Origin: Azolla caroliniana
Lineage: Eukaryota; Plantae; Polypodiophyta
DNA: 64,000 nucleotides
Direction: 5' to 3'
Assembly (NCBI GenBank): GCA_043228905.1
Contig: JBHGNT010000009.1
Coordinates: 16,368,001-16,432,000 of the forward strand
Positions 37,564-48,606 of this stretch are shown one piece after another. The notes below the pieces were generated by a model. That model was not told the DNA's origin and did no database searches. It saw nothing but the letters and a program-made list of their open reading frames with translations. The first letter of the stretch is position 1; every line of letters begins with the position of its first letter. Both the position numbers and the translations under genes were made by a program.

Positions 37564-37961
37564 TGTCGTAATTAGAGAAAACGCATGGGTTAGAAAAGAC
37601 TCTCTCATCTCTATATAAGGATGAGGAGCACAATGTAATAGGTGTGTGAAATATTTGGAAATTGGGTATATTTCCAAAAACACCAACCGATTAATATAAT
37701 CGTGGGATTCACGAAAATAATATAATCTATACTTGTGGGATTCACAAGTTTCTTATATCTTTCTTTCAATCTAAATACATATTCTTATCTAAATATTGAT
37801 TAATCGAATACAATACACTCGTGGGATTCACGAAATTTCTATCTCTCTTTCTAATAATCTATTCATTACTAGCCTCATCTCATATTCTTCTTTCTCCTAG
37901 TCCAAAACCTCAGTGGTTCCCACCCGACTCACGCAACGATCTGGCGTTGAAAGGCACGACA
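37564..37961 (+). mobile_element. Solo LTR of the gag-only gypsy family (short U3 variant)
   Basis: TGTCGTA..CACGACA; near-identical to the 3' half of LTR 47787-48568; 4-bp TSD ACGT (37560-37563, 37962-37965). Confidence 0.9.
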
Positions 37962-38545
37962 ACGTAGCCGGGGATCATGGTTATGTAAAGATGGGTGATA
38001 ATGGAGAGTGCAATGTAGTAGGAGTCGGAAGTGTCTGCTTGACGACGTCAACAGGGTATCCGTAGATTCTGAAGGATGTTCGACATGTCCCCGATATCAG
38101 ATTGAATCTGACGAAGAAGGCTACAATGGTAGCTTCTAACACGATAAGTGGAAGTTTTACCATTGTCGTGAATATCCGTCACTACGCACGGATCGTGAGG
38201 TGGAACCACTAGGGTTCTGGACCGGAAGGATTCGAAGTTTACGCTAGTTTTAGCGAGACAGTATTTAAGATAGATTGAGAGAGATTGATATGGCAAGAGA
38301 GAGATACTGAAATAAAGATTTAACTCTTGATTTTAGATTTGAGAGAGAAGATACATCAACAATAGGGTTACAAGTCTCTTATTTGATCATCCAAAAATTT
38401 TACCTTACCCTTTCATCTTTTTCCTCCCCTCTTTTATAGACGCCCTCATGCATTTGAGGGTACAAGACACACATAAAATGCACGTTTGCCATTTGGCGCT
38501 CCGTCACCAGTCCGGTTTTAGTTGGCCAAAACCTTTGCAAGTAGC

Positions 38546-38678
38546 TGTCAGGAACTCTATTAAGGTAGAGAAGGGATTAGTACTAAAAGAAGGATTAGTA
38601 CTATTGTTGGGGAATAGTACTAAGACAGAGAAGGATTAGTACTATGAGAGGTGTCGAACTTTGAGAGAAGGAATGAGT

Positions 38679-38718
<40 letters not shown>

Positions 38719-39008
38719 TGATGCGAAAGATATATGTATTATATGAAGGAAGATATACAACAGTAGTTAGAAGGCTTAAGACTGGCGTTGAACCGATTTG
38801 GTTCGAACTAATGCCTTGCGCCTCCTTTTATACTGTCTTCAGGAATACTCCTGAAGTTTCTAGAATGTTCCAGAGAAATCTGGAATATACATCAATTTCC
38901 CAATAAAACCTAAATGAAAATAATATCCTTCAAATTACAATTCATAACCTAATGGTAAAGTCTCGACCCGTGTAACAAAAGGTTATGGGTTCGAGTCTAG
39001 TTATGACA
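38546..39008 (-). repeat. 3' LTR of chromovirus
   Basis: Direct repeat of 43839-44299. Confidence 0.95.
38938..39008 (+). promoter_or_regulatory. tRNA-like Pol III A/B-box cassette at the U3 edge of the chromovirus LTR (second copy 44229-44299)
   Basis: TAACCTAATGGT...AAGGTTATGGGTTCGAGTC. T8 at 38945 and G53 at 38989 are 44 nt apart. Confidence 0.6.
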
Positions 39009-42000
39009 CTATCCCCCCTTTAAAACGACGAGTTCCACGAGTCGTTTTGGATTGAGGACCCGGTTTCTCGGGATATCGTCGATGGAAGTCTTCTAGAAGA
39101 GCACGAGCATTGGTCACATTCTCGATCGGTTCCCAAGTACGCTCGCTGGGACTATATCCTAGCCAATCGACTAGATAGTAGAGCTTGTTGCGAACAATCT
39201 TGGAATCGAGGATGGCAGCGACCTCATACTCAGGTCCATCTTCGAGCTCGATAGGAGGTGGTGGTTGTATAGTACGTCCTGGGATAGTGCTCTCGTGATA
39301 GGGTTCGAGGAGAGAACTATGAAACACCGGATGTATCCGAAGTTGCGGAGGTAGCTCGAGACGAAAAGCGACATCATTAATCTTCCCGATAATACGGAAA
39401 GGACCTAATCGCCGATAATCCAACTTCTCACATGGGCGAGTAGTCTTGATGTGTCGTCGTAGCAGCCACACCCGATCTCCAATGTTAAAACTGGATGGAA
39501 GTCGATGACGATCTGCGTAGTCCTTGTGTGATTGTTGAGCTTGCTGGAGTTGAGTAGATAAATCCGCTTGTATCTTGCGTAACCGCTCCAAACGATCCTC
39601 CGCGCAAGGATTTGTGGACACTTCTGGGGTTTCAAGGACACACCACCGGGGATGATATCCCGTATAAGCGTAGAATGGCGTGACTTTAGTCGATGCGTGG
39701 ATAGCGTTATTATAGGCAAATTCGGCGAACTGAAGAATATCTGCCCAGTCATTCTGATGATAGTTGAGAAAGCACCGCAGATACTGCTCCAGTGTTTGAT
39801 TTGTTCGTTCGGCTTGACCGTCGGTTTGTGGGTGGTAGCCGGAGGAGAGGTTACAAGTGACCTTCAGCATTTTAAAAAGGTGCTTCCAGAATTTTGACAC
39901 AAACTGGGGTCCACGATCGCTGATGATATTATCAGGGAGTCCATGATGCCGACATACTTCCCGCATGACAATTTCGGCGGTGTCTTCACTAGATATTTCT
40001 TTAGTACATGGTAAGAAATGAGCCATCTTCGTATATCGATCCACCACTGTGAGAATCGCACTGAATCCCTTAGAGACTGGAAGATCTGTAATGAAGTCAA
40101 GAGCAATGGATTGCCATGGCTTGCTTGGAATTGGTAATGGTTCTAATAAACCATATGGATGATGTCTTGGCATTTTCGCTCTGCAACATGTATCGCAAGT
40201 CCGAACAAAATCTTCGACAAATTGTCGCATACGGGGCCACCAGAATGATCGTTGTACTAAATCTAATGTTTTAGTACTACCAAAATGTCCTGCTGTATAT
40301 GTGTCATGGCAATTTTGTACTACTCGAAGGCGGCAAGAACCATTAGGAACATACAAAAGTTCTTTAAAGAAGAGTAATCCATCACAGTATTTGAATTGCC
40401 GATAATCCGTACCTGGTGATTGTGATTGTGAACATGACGCTCGAGAGGGGTCAATTTGTGCTAGTATAGCTTGGGCGAAAGCGTCAGTCTTCAAGTCCTC
40501 ACGTATAGTATTGGTAATGTCGGAATCCACGGGCATGTCAAAGACCTGTGCTGCTTGCAGTCGTGCTGGACCCAAGATTACTTGCTTCTGGTTATCGAAA
40601 GCTGGCTCACCGGGACGTGGTGTTAGATACGAACGCCGTGATAATGCATCTGCCTTCCCTTGGTGCTTCCCCGGACGATATGTAATTTTGAAGTCGAAGC
40701 GTGTGAGGAAGTGGGCCCACCGAGCTTGACGTCGATTCAGTACACGAGCATCTTGAAAGTAGGCAAGGTTCTTGTGGTCACTGAATACAGTGACCTGATG
40801 AGGAGATCCCTCCAGGAAATGCCTCCATTGCATAAAAGAATCAACTATTGCTAATAGCTCTTTATCATGAATTTCGTAGTTGATTTCGGCGGCGTCAAAC
40901 TTACGGGAGTGGAAAGCCACAGGATGTAGCTTCTCGTCGTTACCCTGTTGTGACAGAATGCTCCCCAATGCGAAATCCGATGCGTCAGCTTCGATAATGA
41001 ATGGTTTTTCCGGATCCACATGACCTAAAATTGGAGCTGATGTAAACGCCTTCTTAAGACTCTCGAAAGCCATGTCCGTCTCTTTAGACCAAATGAATGA
41101 TTGTCCCTTCCTGGTGAGCTGTGTGAGAGGCAGCACAATTTTTGAGTAATTTTGTATGAACTTCCGGTAAAAATTTGCAAAGCCTAGGAAGCATTGCACA
41201 TCCCGCACCGAATGCGGAGTGTGCCATTCTATCACCGTTTTGACCTTGGCTGGGTCCATAGATATGCCTTCTGAGGAGATGACATAGCCGAGAAATTCCA
41301 CTTGGTTGCACCCGAAACTACATTTCTCTAACTTTGCATACAGACCATGTTCTCGAAGTCGTTTTAGTACTAATAGTACATGAGAATCATGTTCTTCTTG
41401 GGTCTTTGAATAAACCAGTAGATCATCCAAATAGATGATCAAAAAATCATCCAAGAGATCTCGAAATATATCATTCGCCATGTGCTGGAAGACTGCCGGC
41501 GCATTAGTGAGTCCGAACGGCATGACCGTATACTCGAAGTGCCCATATCTGGTGCGGAACGCGGTCTTCCATTCATCTCCTGGTCGGATCCGTACGAGGT
41601 TATAGGCTCCTCGTAAGTCGATCTTCGTGAAGAACCTGGCACCGTTGATCCGTTCCAAAAGACTTGAGATAAGGGGAAGAGCATACCTATTTCTTACTGT
41701 GACCTTATTCAAGCCACGGTAATCTACAACGAGTCGAAGCGAGCCATCTTTTTTCTTGACGAAGAAAATGGGTGCGCCGGCTGGAGATTTCGAATGCCGA
41801 ATGAAACCGTTCTCCAAATTCTCCTCTATATAGGCTCGAAGGACTTCTAGCTCGGTTGGTGACAAATTGTAGATCGGCCCCCATGGCGGCTCTTTTCCCG
41901 GTTGTAAGTCGATGGCGCAATCGTACGGCCAATGATGAGGAAGTGTGTTGGCTTGTACTTTATCGAACACATCAGCATACTGACGATACTTCTCGGGAAG

Positions 42001-42597
42001 TTGAACGGTGGACTCCTCTTTGGTGGTGCTGGAGGGTTGTACTGATATTGCGAAGAGAAACATTTCCTCCTTGCGCCCTTCTTCACGCAACTGACGTAGC
42101 GAAATGGTTGCAACCTTCTGGGTAGATCCTTGGGTTTGTCGCAACCGGATTTCCCTTGTCCTCCAATCTATGTCTGGGTTATGTAACTCGAGCCATGGTA
42201 ATCCTAAAACTATGGGATGTTCTGGAATACTAATAATATTAAATGATACTACACATGTTAAGTTATCTAGGACAATATTAACGGGTTCCGACTCTTCTAT
42301 GATATTACCAGAAGCAATGGGACGACCATCAATGACTACTACTGAGGCTGGACATGGGAGCTTTCTGAGAGATATCTGATGAGCTCGGGCAAAATTCCTA
42401 TCCATGAAGCAAGAATTAGCTCCGGAATCTAGAAGGGCTAAGGTATGTACTGGAGGGGTACTTTTAGTACTAACTGCTACTTGGGCTACGAACACATCAC
42501 TAACTTGCTTAGAGGGAATGGAACCACTAATGGGCTGCACAGATCTAGGGCTGTCCAACCAAACGGCTCCTATTTTGGCTGGACTTAGTCGTTTAAC
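39001..42597 (-). CDS. Chromovirus Pol (protease, RT, RNase H, integrase, chromodomain), probably expressed by -1 frameshift from gag
   Basis: 1185-aa open frame that extends upstream to overlap the gag end; LLDSGA, YLDD, ADASDF, HHCC/ISDRGPQF, GPF, YEVAAILDS..YLVDWLGY..TWEP chromodomain. Confidence 0.95.
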   Translation of the reverse strand, partial: VKRLSPAKIGAVWLDSPRSVQPISGSIPSKQVSDVFVAQVAVSTKSTPPVHTLALLDSGANSCFMDRNFARAHQISLRKLPCPASVVVIDGRPIASGNIIEESEPVNIVLDNLTCVVSFNIISIPEHPIVLGLPWLELHNPDIDWRTREIRLRQTQGSTQKVATISLRQLREEGRKEEMFLFAISVQPSSTTKEESTVQLPEKYRQYADVFDKVQANTLPHHWPYDCAIDLQPGKEPPWGPIYNLSPTELEVLRAYIEENLENGFIRHSKSPAGAPIFFVKKKDGSLRLVVDYRGLNKVTVRNRYALPLISSLLERINGARFFTKIDLRGAYNLVRIRPGDEWKTAFRTRYGHFEYTVMPFGLTNAPAVFQHMANDIFRDLLDDFLIIYLDDLLVYSKTQEEHDSHVLLVLKRLREHGLYAKLEKCSFGCNQVEFLGYVISSEGISMDPAKVKTVIEWHTPHSVRDVQCFLGFANFYRKFIQNYSKIVLPLTQLTRKGQSFIWSKETDMAFESLKKAFTSAPILGHVDPEKPFIIEADASDFALGSILSQQGNDEKLHPVAFHSRKFDAAEINYEIHDKELLAIVDSFMQWRHFLEGSPHQVTVFSDHKNLAYFQDARVLNRRQARWAHFLTRFDFKITYRPGKHQGKADALSRRSYLTPRPGEPAFDNQKQVILGPARLQAAQVFDMPVDSDITNTIREDLKTDAFAQAILAQIDPSRASCSQSQSPGTDYRQFKYCDGLLFFKELLYVPNGSCRLRVVQNCHDTYTAGHFGSTKTLDLVQRSFWWPRMRQFVEDFVRTCDTCCRAKMPRHHPYGLLEPLPIPSKPWQSIALDFITDLPVSKGFSAILTVVDRYTKMAHFLPCTKEISSEDTAEIVMREVCRHHGLPDNIISDRGPQFVSKFWKHLFKMLKVTCNLSSGYHPQTDGQAERTNQTLEQYLRCFLNYHQNDWADILQFAEFAYNNAIHASTKVTPFYAYTGYHPRWCVLETPEVSTNPCAEDRLERLRKIQADLSTQLQQAQQSHKDYADRHRLPSSFNIGDRVWLLRRHIKTTRPCEKLDYRRLGPFRIIGKINDVAFRLELPPQLRIHPVFHSSLLEPYHESTIPGRTIQPPPPIELEDGPEYEVAAILDSKIVRNKLYYLVDWLGYSPSERTWEPIENVTNARALLEDFHRRYPEKPGPQSKTTRGTRRFKGGIVS

Positions 42598-43754
42598 TCT
42601 TCTTCTAATTGGCTAAGGACATCAAATTTGTTTGCGAGATTCGGACTATTAGTACTATTAGGACTATTATGACTATGAGGACTATCAGAGATTCCTACTG
42701 AAATAGACTCGGGTTTAGTATAGTCAGAACTAACAACGACTTGGTTTACCTGCCTTCTTGGTCTATGGGGACAGTTTATCGCGATATGCCCTGGTCCACC
42801 GCAATAAAGGCATAATCGGTTTGTTCGGCGTCGTTGCTTTTCCTCCTCCGATAGCGGCCCACGACGACGTGTAGTGTCAATTTCCATTGGAGTTGGAGTA
42901 CTTACTGGAGGCGCATTATGTGACTCCCTTTGAAAAGGTTTTGCTACCACTGAGGCATAGGTAGGCTCGGATCTTGCCCTCGGCATCTGAAATTGTCGTT
43001 CCGAACGTCGCTCGAAGAGGCGGTTGTCACATCTGACCGCTCGACTGATTGCTTCTGTTAATGATTTTGGCTCTTCAGGGAAAGTCAAGAGTAAATCCTT
43101 GACATCGTTGCGTAGACCATAGCGGAACTGCTCCATCAATGCTTGATCATCCCAGGGGATATCGGCGGCGAGTAGGCGGAAATCTGCAGCATATGCGGAG
43201 GCTGGACGGTCACCTTGGCGTAATCGCCGGATTTTGTTGATTGCAGTCCTTATGCTGTCAGTATCTCCAAAACATGCTTTAAACTCACTTATGAATTCTT
43301 CAAAATTATTTAGTACTGGAGATTCCTTTTCTAGTAGCGGAGCGAACCATGCTAATGCTGAGCCATTTAATAACGTGCCTACTAAACCCACTCGTGATGC
43401 ATCGGTGGGATATCGGGACGGATGCATTTGAATAACTAACCGTACCTGGTTAAGAAACCCTCTAAACTGCGATCGCGTTCCATCGAACTTCGTGGGAAGG
43501 CCAATCTTGGGTTCTTTATGAATCCCTTGTGCTCCGTGCCCTTGTTGTTGCATTGCTACGATGGTTGCTTCGAGTTGTTGCACGCGTAACGCAAGTTCCC
43601 CATGCTGTTGTTGCGTTTGCTGCTTTTCTAAGGAAATTTGCTGAAGATCCCCCAACAAGCGTTGATTTTCTTGTTCCAAAGCATGAAACTTCTCTTTCAA
43701 GCATTGAAATTCCGAGAAAACGGATTGATACTCTTCAGCGCTAACGGTGGCCAT
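42585..43754 (-). CDS. Chromovirus Gag (coiled coil, capsid, CCHC knuckle)
   Basis: 389 aa; PTKFDGTRSQFRGF, LRQG, PMEID, CLYCGGPGHIAINC (sushi/PEG10-like gag). Confidence 0.95.
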   Translation of the reverse strand: MATVSAEEYQSVFSEFQCLKEKFHALEQENQRLLGDLQQISLEKQQTQQQHGELALRVQQLEATIVAMQQQGHGAQGIHKEPKIGLPTKFDGTRSQFRGFLNQVRLVIQMHPSRYPTDASRVGLVGTLLNGSALAWFAPLLEKESPVLNNFEEFISEFKACFGDTDSIRTAINKIRRLRQGDRPASAYAADFRLLAADIPWDDQALMEQFRYGLRNDVKDLLLTFPEEPKSLTEAISRAVRCDNRLFERRSERQFQMPRARSEPTYASVVAKPFQRESHNAPPVSTPTPMEIDTTRRRGPLSEEEKQRRRTNRLCLYCGGPGHIAINCPHRPRRQVNQVVVSSDYTKPESISVGISDSPHSHNSPNSTNSPNLANKFDVLSQLEEELND

Positions 43755-43838
43755 GGGATGAAGGAAAAGGGAAATAAGAGACTAGTAGGAAAGGAGGGAG
43801 AGAAAAGACCAGACAGGCACCCAAAAATCGGTTCAAAC

Positions 43839-43971
43839 TGTCAGGAACTCTATTAAGGTAGAGAAGGGATTAGTACTAAAAGAAGGATTAGTACTATTGT
43901 TGGGGAATAGTACTAAGACAGAGAAGGATTAGTACTATGAGAGGTGTCGAACTTTGAGAGAAGGAATGAGT

Positions 43972-44009
<38 letters not shown>

Positions 44010-44299
44010 TGATGCGAAAGATATATGTATTATATGAAGGAAGATATACAACAGTAGTTAGAAGGCTTAAGACTGGCGTTGAACCGATTTGGTTCGAACT
44101 AATGCCTTGCGCCTCCTTTTATACTGTCTTCAGGAATACTCCTGAAGTTTCTAGAATGTTCCAGAGAAATCTGGAATATACATCAATTTCCCAATAAAAC
44201 CTAAATGAAAATAATATCCTTCAAATTACAATTCATAACCTAATGGTAAAGTCTCGACCCGTGTAACAAAAGGTTATGGGTTCGAGTCTAGTTATGACA
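43839..44299 (-). repeat. 5' LTR of chromovirus
   Basis: Direct repeat of 38546-39008; TATAAAA on minus strand at 44117-44123. Confidence 0.95.
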
Positions 44300-47200
44300 G
44301 TAGCCAGGCCACACCCATTTATCCAATAGCTTAGTTCAAGTCACCTTCAACTCTCTATGCTCCATACATAGACACAAAGATAATAGCTTTTGCTCTACCT
44401 TATATATGGTGAGATCCTTATTTCCTGTCTATGTGGGATATCTCACAACTTTATTTTTCTCTTTGTCTTTGCAAACTTCCTACCCACATAAGTTGACACT
44501 TAGATGTCTGTTTCTTATGTAGTGTAGTGCATCCGAAAGCTCTTCAAGACCTCCATCTTTTTGTACTAAGATATTAAACTTACTTAAAATTAGTATCTTC
44601 CATATTATTGTTTTATATGAATCACACTTGATTTCGTACGTTTTATATGATTTTCACACCATTGCCGAAAATCTTCACAACATCCAACCCCACCAAACCG
44701 CACGTCCTCTAGTATGTGCCAAGAAGAGAGAGTGTGAGATTTCGGCTACGATGATCAATCAAATTCCTCCACATCCTCATTCACATCCGTCGTAGTATCT
44801 TCATCGTCGAGGTGATCAAGGTCAGGATCCTCGTCATGTCTTTTCTTGAAAAACTTTACTCTTTTTACCGCAATGGGTATGGCTAACCTTGATCCATCTA
44901 GCTCCGCAAGGTGGTATGTGGCATTGTCGTTGGCACTTATCACCACATACGGTCCGAACCATCTTCTTGCGCACTTCCTTGTTGTATTGTGTTGATTGTC
45001 AAGGCTGCTTACGTAGACCAATACCCAATCTCTTTCTTCGATCTTCTTGGGACGCAGTCGATGCGTCTTGTTGAACCGAATTTTGTTCTTCACTCGGGCT
45101 GCCTCCATCATTTTTCGCGCATGTTCTAGATCTTCAGGTCTCCTTTCAAGTGGCCTTATCCGTGCCGCTAATAATTCTTCTCGGCTCATCTCGTTCTCCC
45201 ATGGTATCCCTACCCATGAGGCGATCATCCTTTCGATGGGCATCACCGGCTTTTGTCCATACATAAGCTCCGTTGGCATATACCCTGTCACCGAGCTGTG
45301 TGTCGTTCTGTCAGCCCACAAGGCATAGGGCAATAGTCGTGGCCAATTCCCGACTCGACCGTTGCATGCTCGTACGATGGCTTTGATGATGGGTCCATGT
45401 CCTCGCTCGATCTTCCCATTCGCTTCTGGATTGTAGGTAGTCGTGAGGGAGAGCTTCACACCTAGTCGTTCGAAAAGCTCCGTTGCTTCGTGTGCGTCCA
45501 ACTCCCCTCGGTCGGCAACTATCTTCCCCACACATCCGTATCGGCAGACAACCTCTTCAAGTAGAAATTTGCAAATAGCTGACGTCGTCTTATTTATCAA
45601 GGTCCGCCCTTCCACTTGATTTGTCAAGTCTTCTCTTGCCAGCACTAAGTACTTCATTTGTCCCACTCCATTGGCATCGAGACTAGATCAACCATCCATT
45701 TGAAGTGTATGGTGAGCGGGTATGTCGGTCGTAGCTCATCACGATGGCGTATGTTGGAATGTACTTTGCAAGTTTCGCGTGTGGACACGAAATGGAGTAC
45801 TTCTTTATACATGCTTGGCCACCTGTACTTTTCCTTCAACTTTTCGAACATCGCCCATATTCCTCTATGACTTGCCCAAGCACTCTCGTGGAATTCGGTC
45901 ATCAGCATCACTTGCTCTTCTTTCTTTACCACCACTCGGCGTGGTATTCCTGTCTTTCTTTTTGGGTGTCGCCAAAGGAATCCTCCCTTCAGGAAGTATC
46001 GATAAGCTTTCTTCCGGATTCGTAGAGCCTCCTCCTTTGTTAAAGAAGCATCCGTTGTCATTATTTTTAAGAACCTGCCGATCAGTAACCACTCTCCTTC
46101 GTACTCGTCCTCGTTGAAGGCGTGGAGGGTAAGCGTGTCCTTGTCTTCCGCCGATAATTGAGCCATCTTGAAGAAGTTGATGGTGACGTCTTCATCTTCC
46201 GAAACCATGTCACTTTCACTTTCAAATCTTGCCCTTCACAGCATATCAGCCATGTCGTTCTTCTTGCCTGCAATGTGGCGGATCTCTGTGCTTAAAGACT
46301 TGATATAGGCGATCCACCTTAGCATAGCTAAATCTGGGGTCGCATATCCTGATATCATTCCAAGGATTGGGAGACAATTTGTCTCTATTATCACTTCCGA
46401 CCCGATCAGGTAATCTTTGTCCGTCTTCATTGCCGACACAATACCCCAAAGTTCTCGCTTGACTTGGGCGTATCTTTGTTGTCGTTCGTTGAGAACTTTT
46501 GCTCCGAACCGGATGGCATACCACACATTATCTTCTCCTTCTTGGTTGATGACCCACCCGATTCCGGTTGGGCCCGTATCTACAGTCACATAAATCGGCT
46601 TTCCTTCGGTATAGTCGGCCTTTCTTAGTGCTGGAGCTTCAAGAAGTAGTTTCTTCAATCTTCGCATTGTGTTCGTGTGCTCATCACGCCAATCGAACTT
46701 CACTCTTTTCTTTAGCAATCCATATAATGGCTCGGCGACATGAGCGTAGTGCGGAATCCAAATCGGCTTTCCTTCGGTATAGTCGGCCTTTCTTAGTGCT
46801 GGAGCTTCAAGAAGTAGTTTCTTCAATCTTCACATTGCGTTCGTGTGCTCATCAAGCCATTCGAACTTCACTCTTTTCTTTAGCAATCCATATAATGGCA
46901 CGGCGACATGAGCGTAGTGCGGAATCCATATATGGTAAAATGTGCATGCTCCAAGGAACCTTCAAACCTCCGTTTGGTTTACACATTCTTCTTTCATGTC
47001 CTGGATCTCGTTCACCTTTGATGGCGAAGGCTTCCGGTCGTATGCTCCACATAAGTGACCTACCACCAAGATCTCTGGTTGCCCGAATGTGGATTTCTCT
47101 CCCGACAATGTCAAATTCGTGTCTTCGAGCCTTTAGAGCACCTTCTCGCAATCTTTGATATGATCCGCGACGAACTTTCTACACCCTTCCTTATCTTTTG

Positions 47201-47924
47201 ATTCATTCTTCTCTTCATTTGAACATCCTTTTATTGGAATATCATCCAAGAATGACATCGTGATGTCAGAGATGCAATCCTTCAAGACCTTGTTCATGGT
47301 ATTCACCATATGAGCCACCGAGTTCGTTGCACCTTGAGGTAAGGTACACATCTGCACGAGCCCGATCGGAGTCCTCTTGGTTTTAATGTCACGACTGTCG
47401 ATCGCCAATTGGAATTGGTCATATTCGGAGTAGAGTTCACCAATGGAGTAGATGGACCGGCCCGCAAACACCTCGGCAAATTCGTCCACGCTCGGACCGA
47501 TTCCAACATTTTGAATTGTAACCTTGTTGACGGGTTGAAGATCTTGGATTAATCGCAACGATCCATTCTTCTTCGGCACCGTGAACCACCTATTAGAGTA
47601 AGGAGCATTCGACGGTTCTAGAATACCCATATTCACTTTCTCCATTAAGAGCTCGATCAGCTTCGGAAGGTGCGCTCTTAGAACTAGTATCGGTTTCAAA
47701 TTTCAAGGCACATGCGGCACCGTGAAGATCACCATCGGCTCTATAATCTTTGGGTCAGCACATCCAATTTCTTGGGGAGAAAACGCTGTCGTAGTGTATT
47801 TCGTACACTACGTGAAAAAGTAAAAATAATATAACCGATTTAATTACATATAAATAAATAAAATAAGAATATCAAGATATTTATCACCAATAAATAAAAT
47901 AAGAATATCAAGATATTTATCACG

Positions 47925-47996
47925 TGCATAGGGCAAGATTTGAACCTTGTACCTCCAAGTAGCCAAATCTCAACTTTACCATTATACTACCTTATC
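47925..47996 (-). promoter_or_regulatory. tRNA-like Pol III A/B-box cassette in U3 of the gag-only element LTR (second copy ~50703-50774)
   Basis: Minus strand TAGTATAATGGT...GAGGTACAAGGTTCAAATC. T8 at 47989 and G53 at 47945 are 44 nt apart. The 3' LTR copy has TAGCATAATGG and a mutated B-box. Confidence 0.6.
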
Positions 47997-48606
47997 TTTA
48001 GTGTTCTATAAATAGATTTAATAACTATAAGTGCTTTATTTGCGCCTACCTTTATTAAAAAGGTAAATCATGCATTTTTAGAGTGCGTGAATATTTTATA
48101 GAAAAACGCAAGCAACTAAAAAGTGACTCATGCACATCTAGCGTGCATGAGCACTATATTTAGCAAATAAAAGCAAGGATTAAAAAAGCATGTAGTTATG
48201 CTTAGTCTCTCCCATCACTACATAAGGATGGGGAGCACAATGTAATAGGTGGGTGAAATATCTGGAAATTGGATATATTTCCGAAAACACCAACCGATTA
48301 ATATAATCGTGGGATTCACGAAAATAATATAATCTATACTTGTGGGATTCACAAGTTTCTTATATCTTTCTTTCAATCTAAATACATATTCTTATCTAAA
48401 TATTGATTAATCGAATACAATACACTCGTGGGATTCACGAAATTTCTATCTCTCTTTCTAATAATCTATTCATTACTAGCCTCATCTCATATTCTTCTTT
48501 CTCCTAGTCCAAAACCTCGGCGGTTCCCACCCGACTCACGCAACGATCCGGAGCCGAAAGGCACGACACAGTTGGTGAACCCGACGTGAAGAGGGGTGGT
48601 AAGGAG

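Larger units (their letters stand above)
38546..44299 (-). mobile_element. Intact Tcn1-like chromovirus (Ty3/gypsy)
   Basis: LTRs 43839-44299 and 38546-39008, apparently identical apart from (GA)n length; 5-bp TSD GTAGC (38541-38545, 44300-44304); PPT aaggggggatag at 39009-39020; intact gag and pol with chromodomain. Confidence 0.97.

Noticed and set aside
38575-38645. Repeated (gg)attagtact palindromic motifs as an independent element
   Set aside because: Short repeats within the chromovirus U5, also present in the old LTR; no evidence of a separate function.
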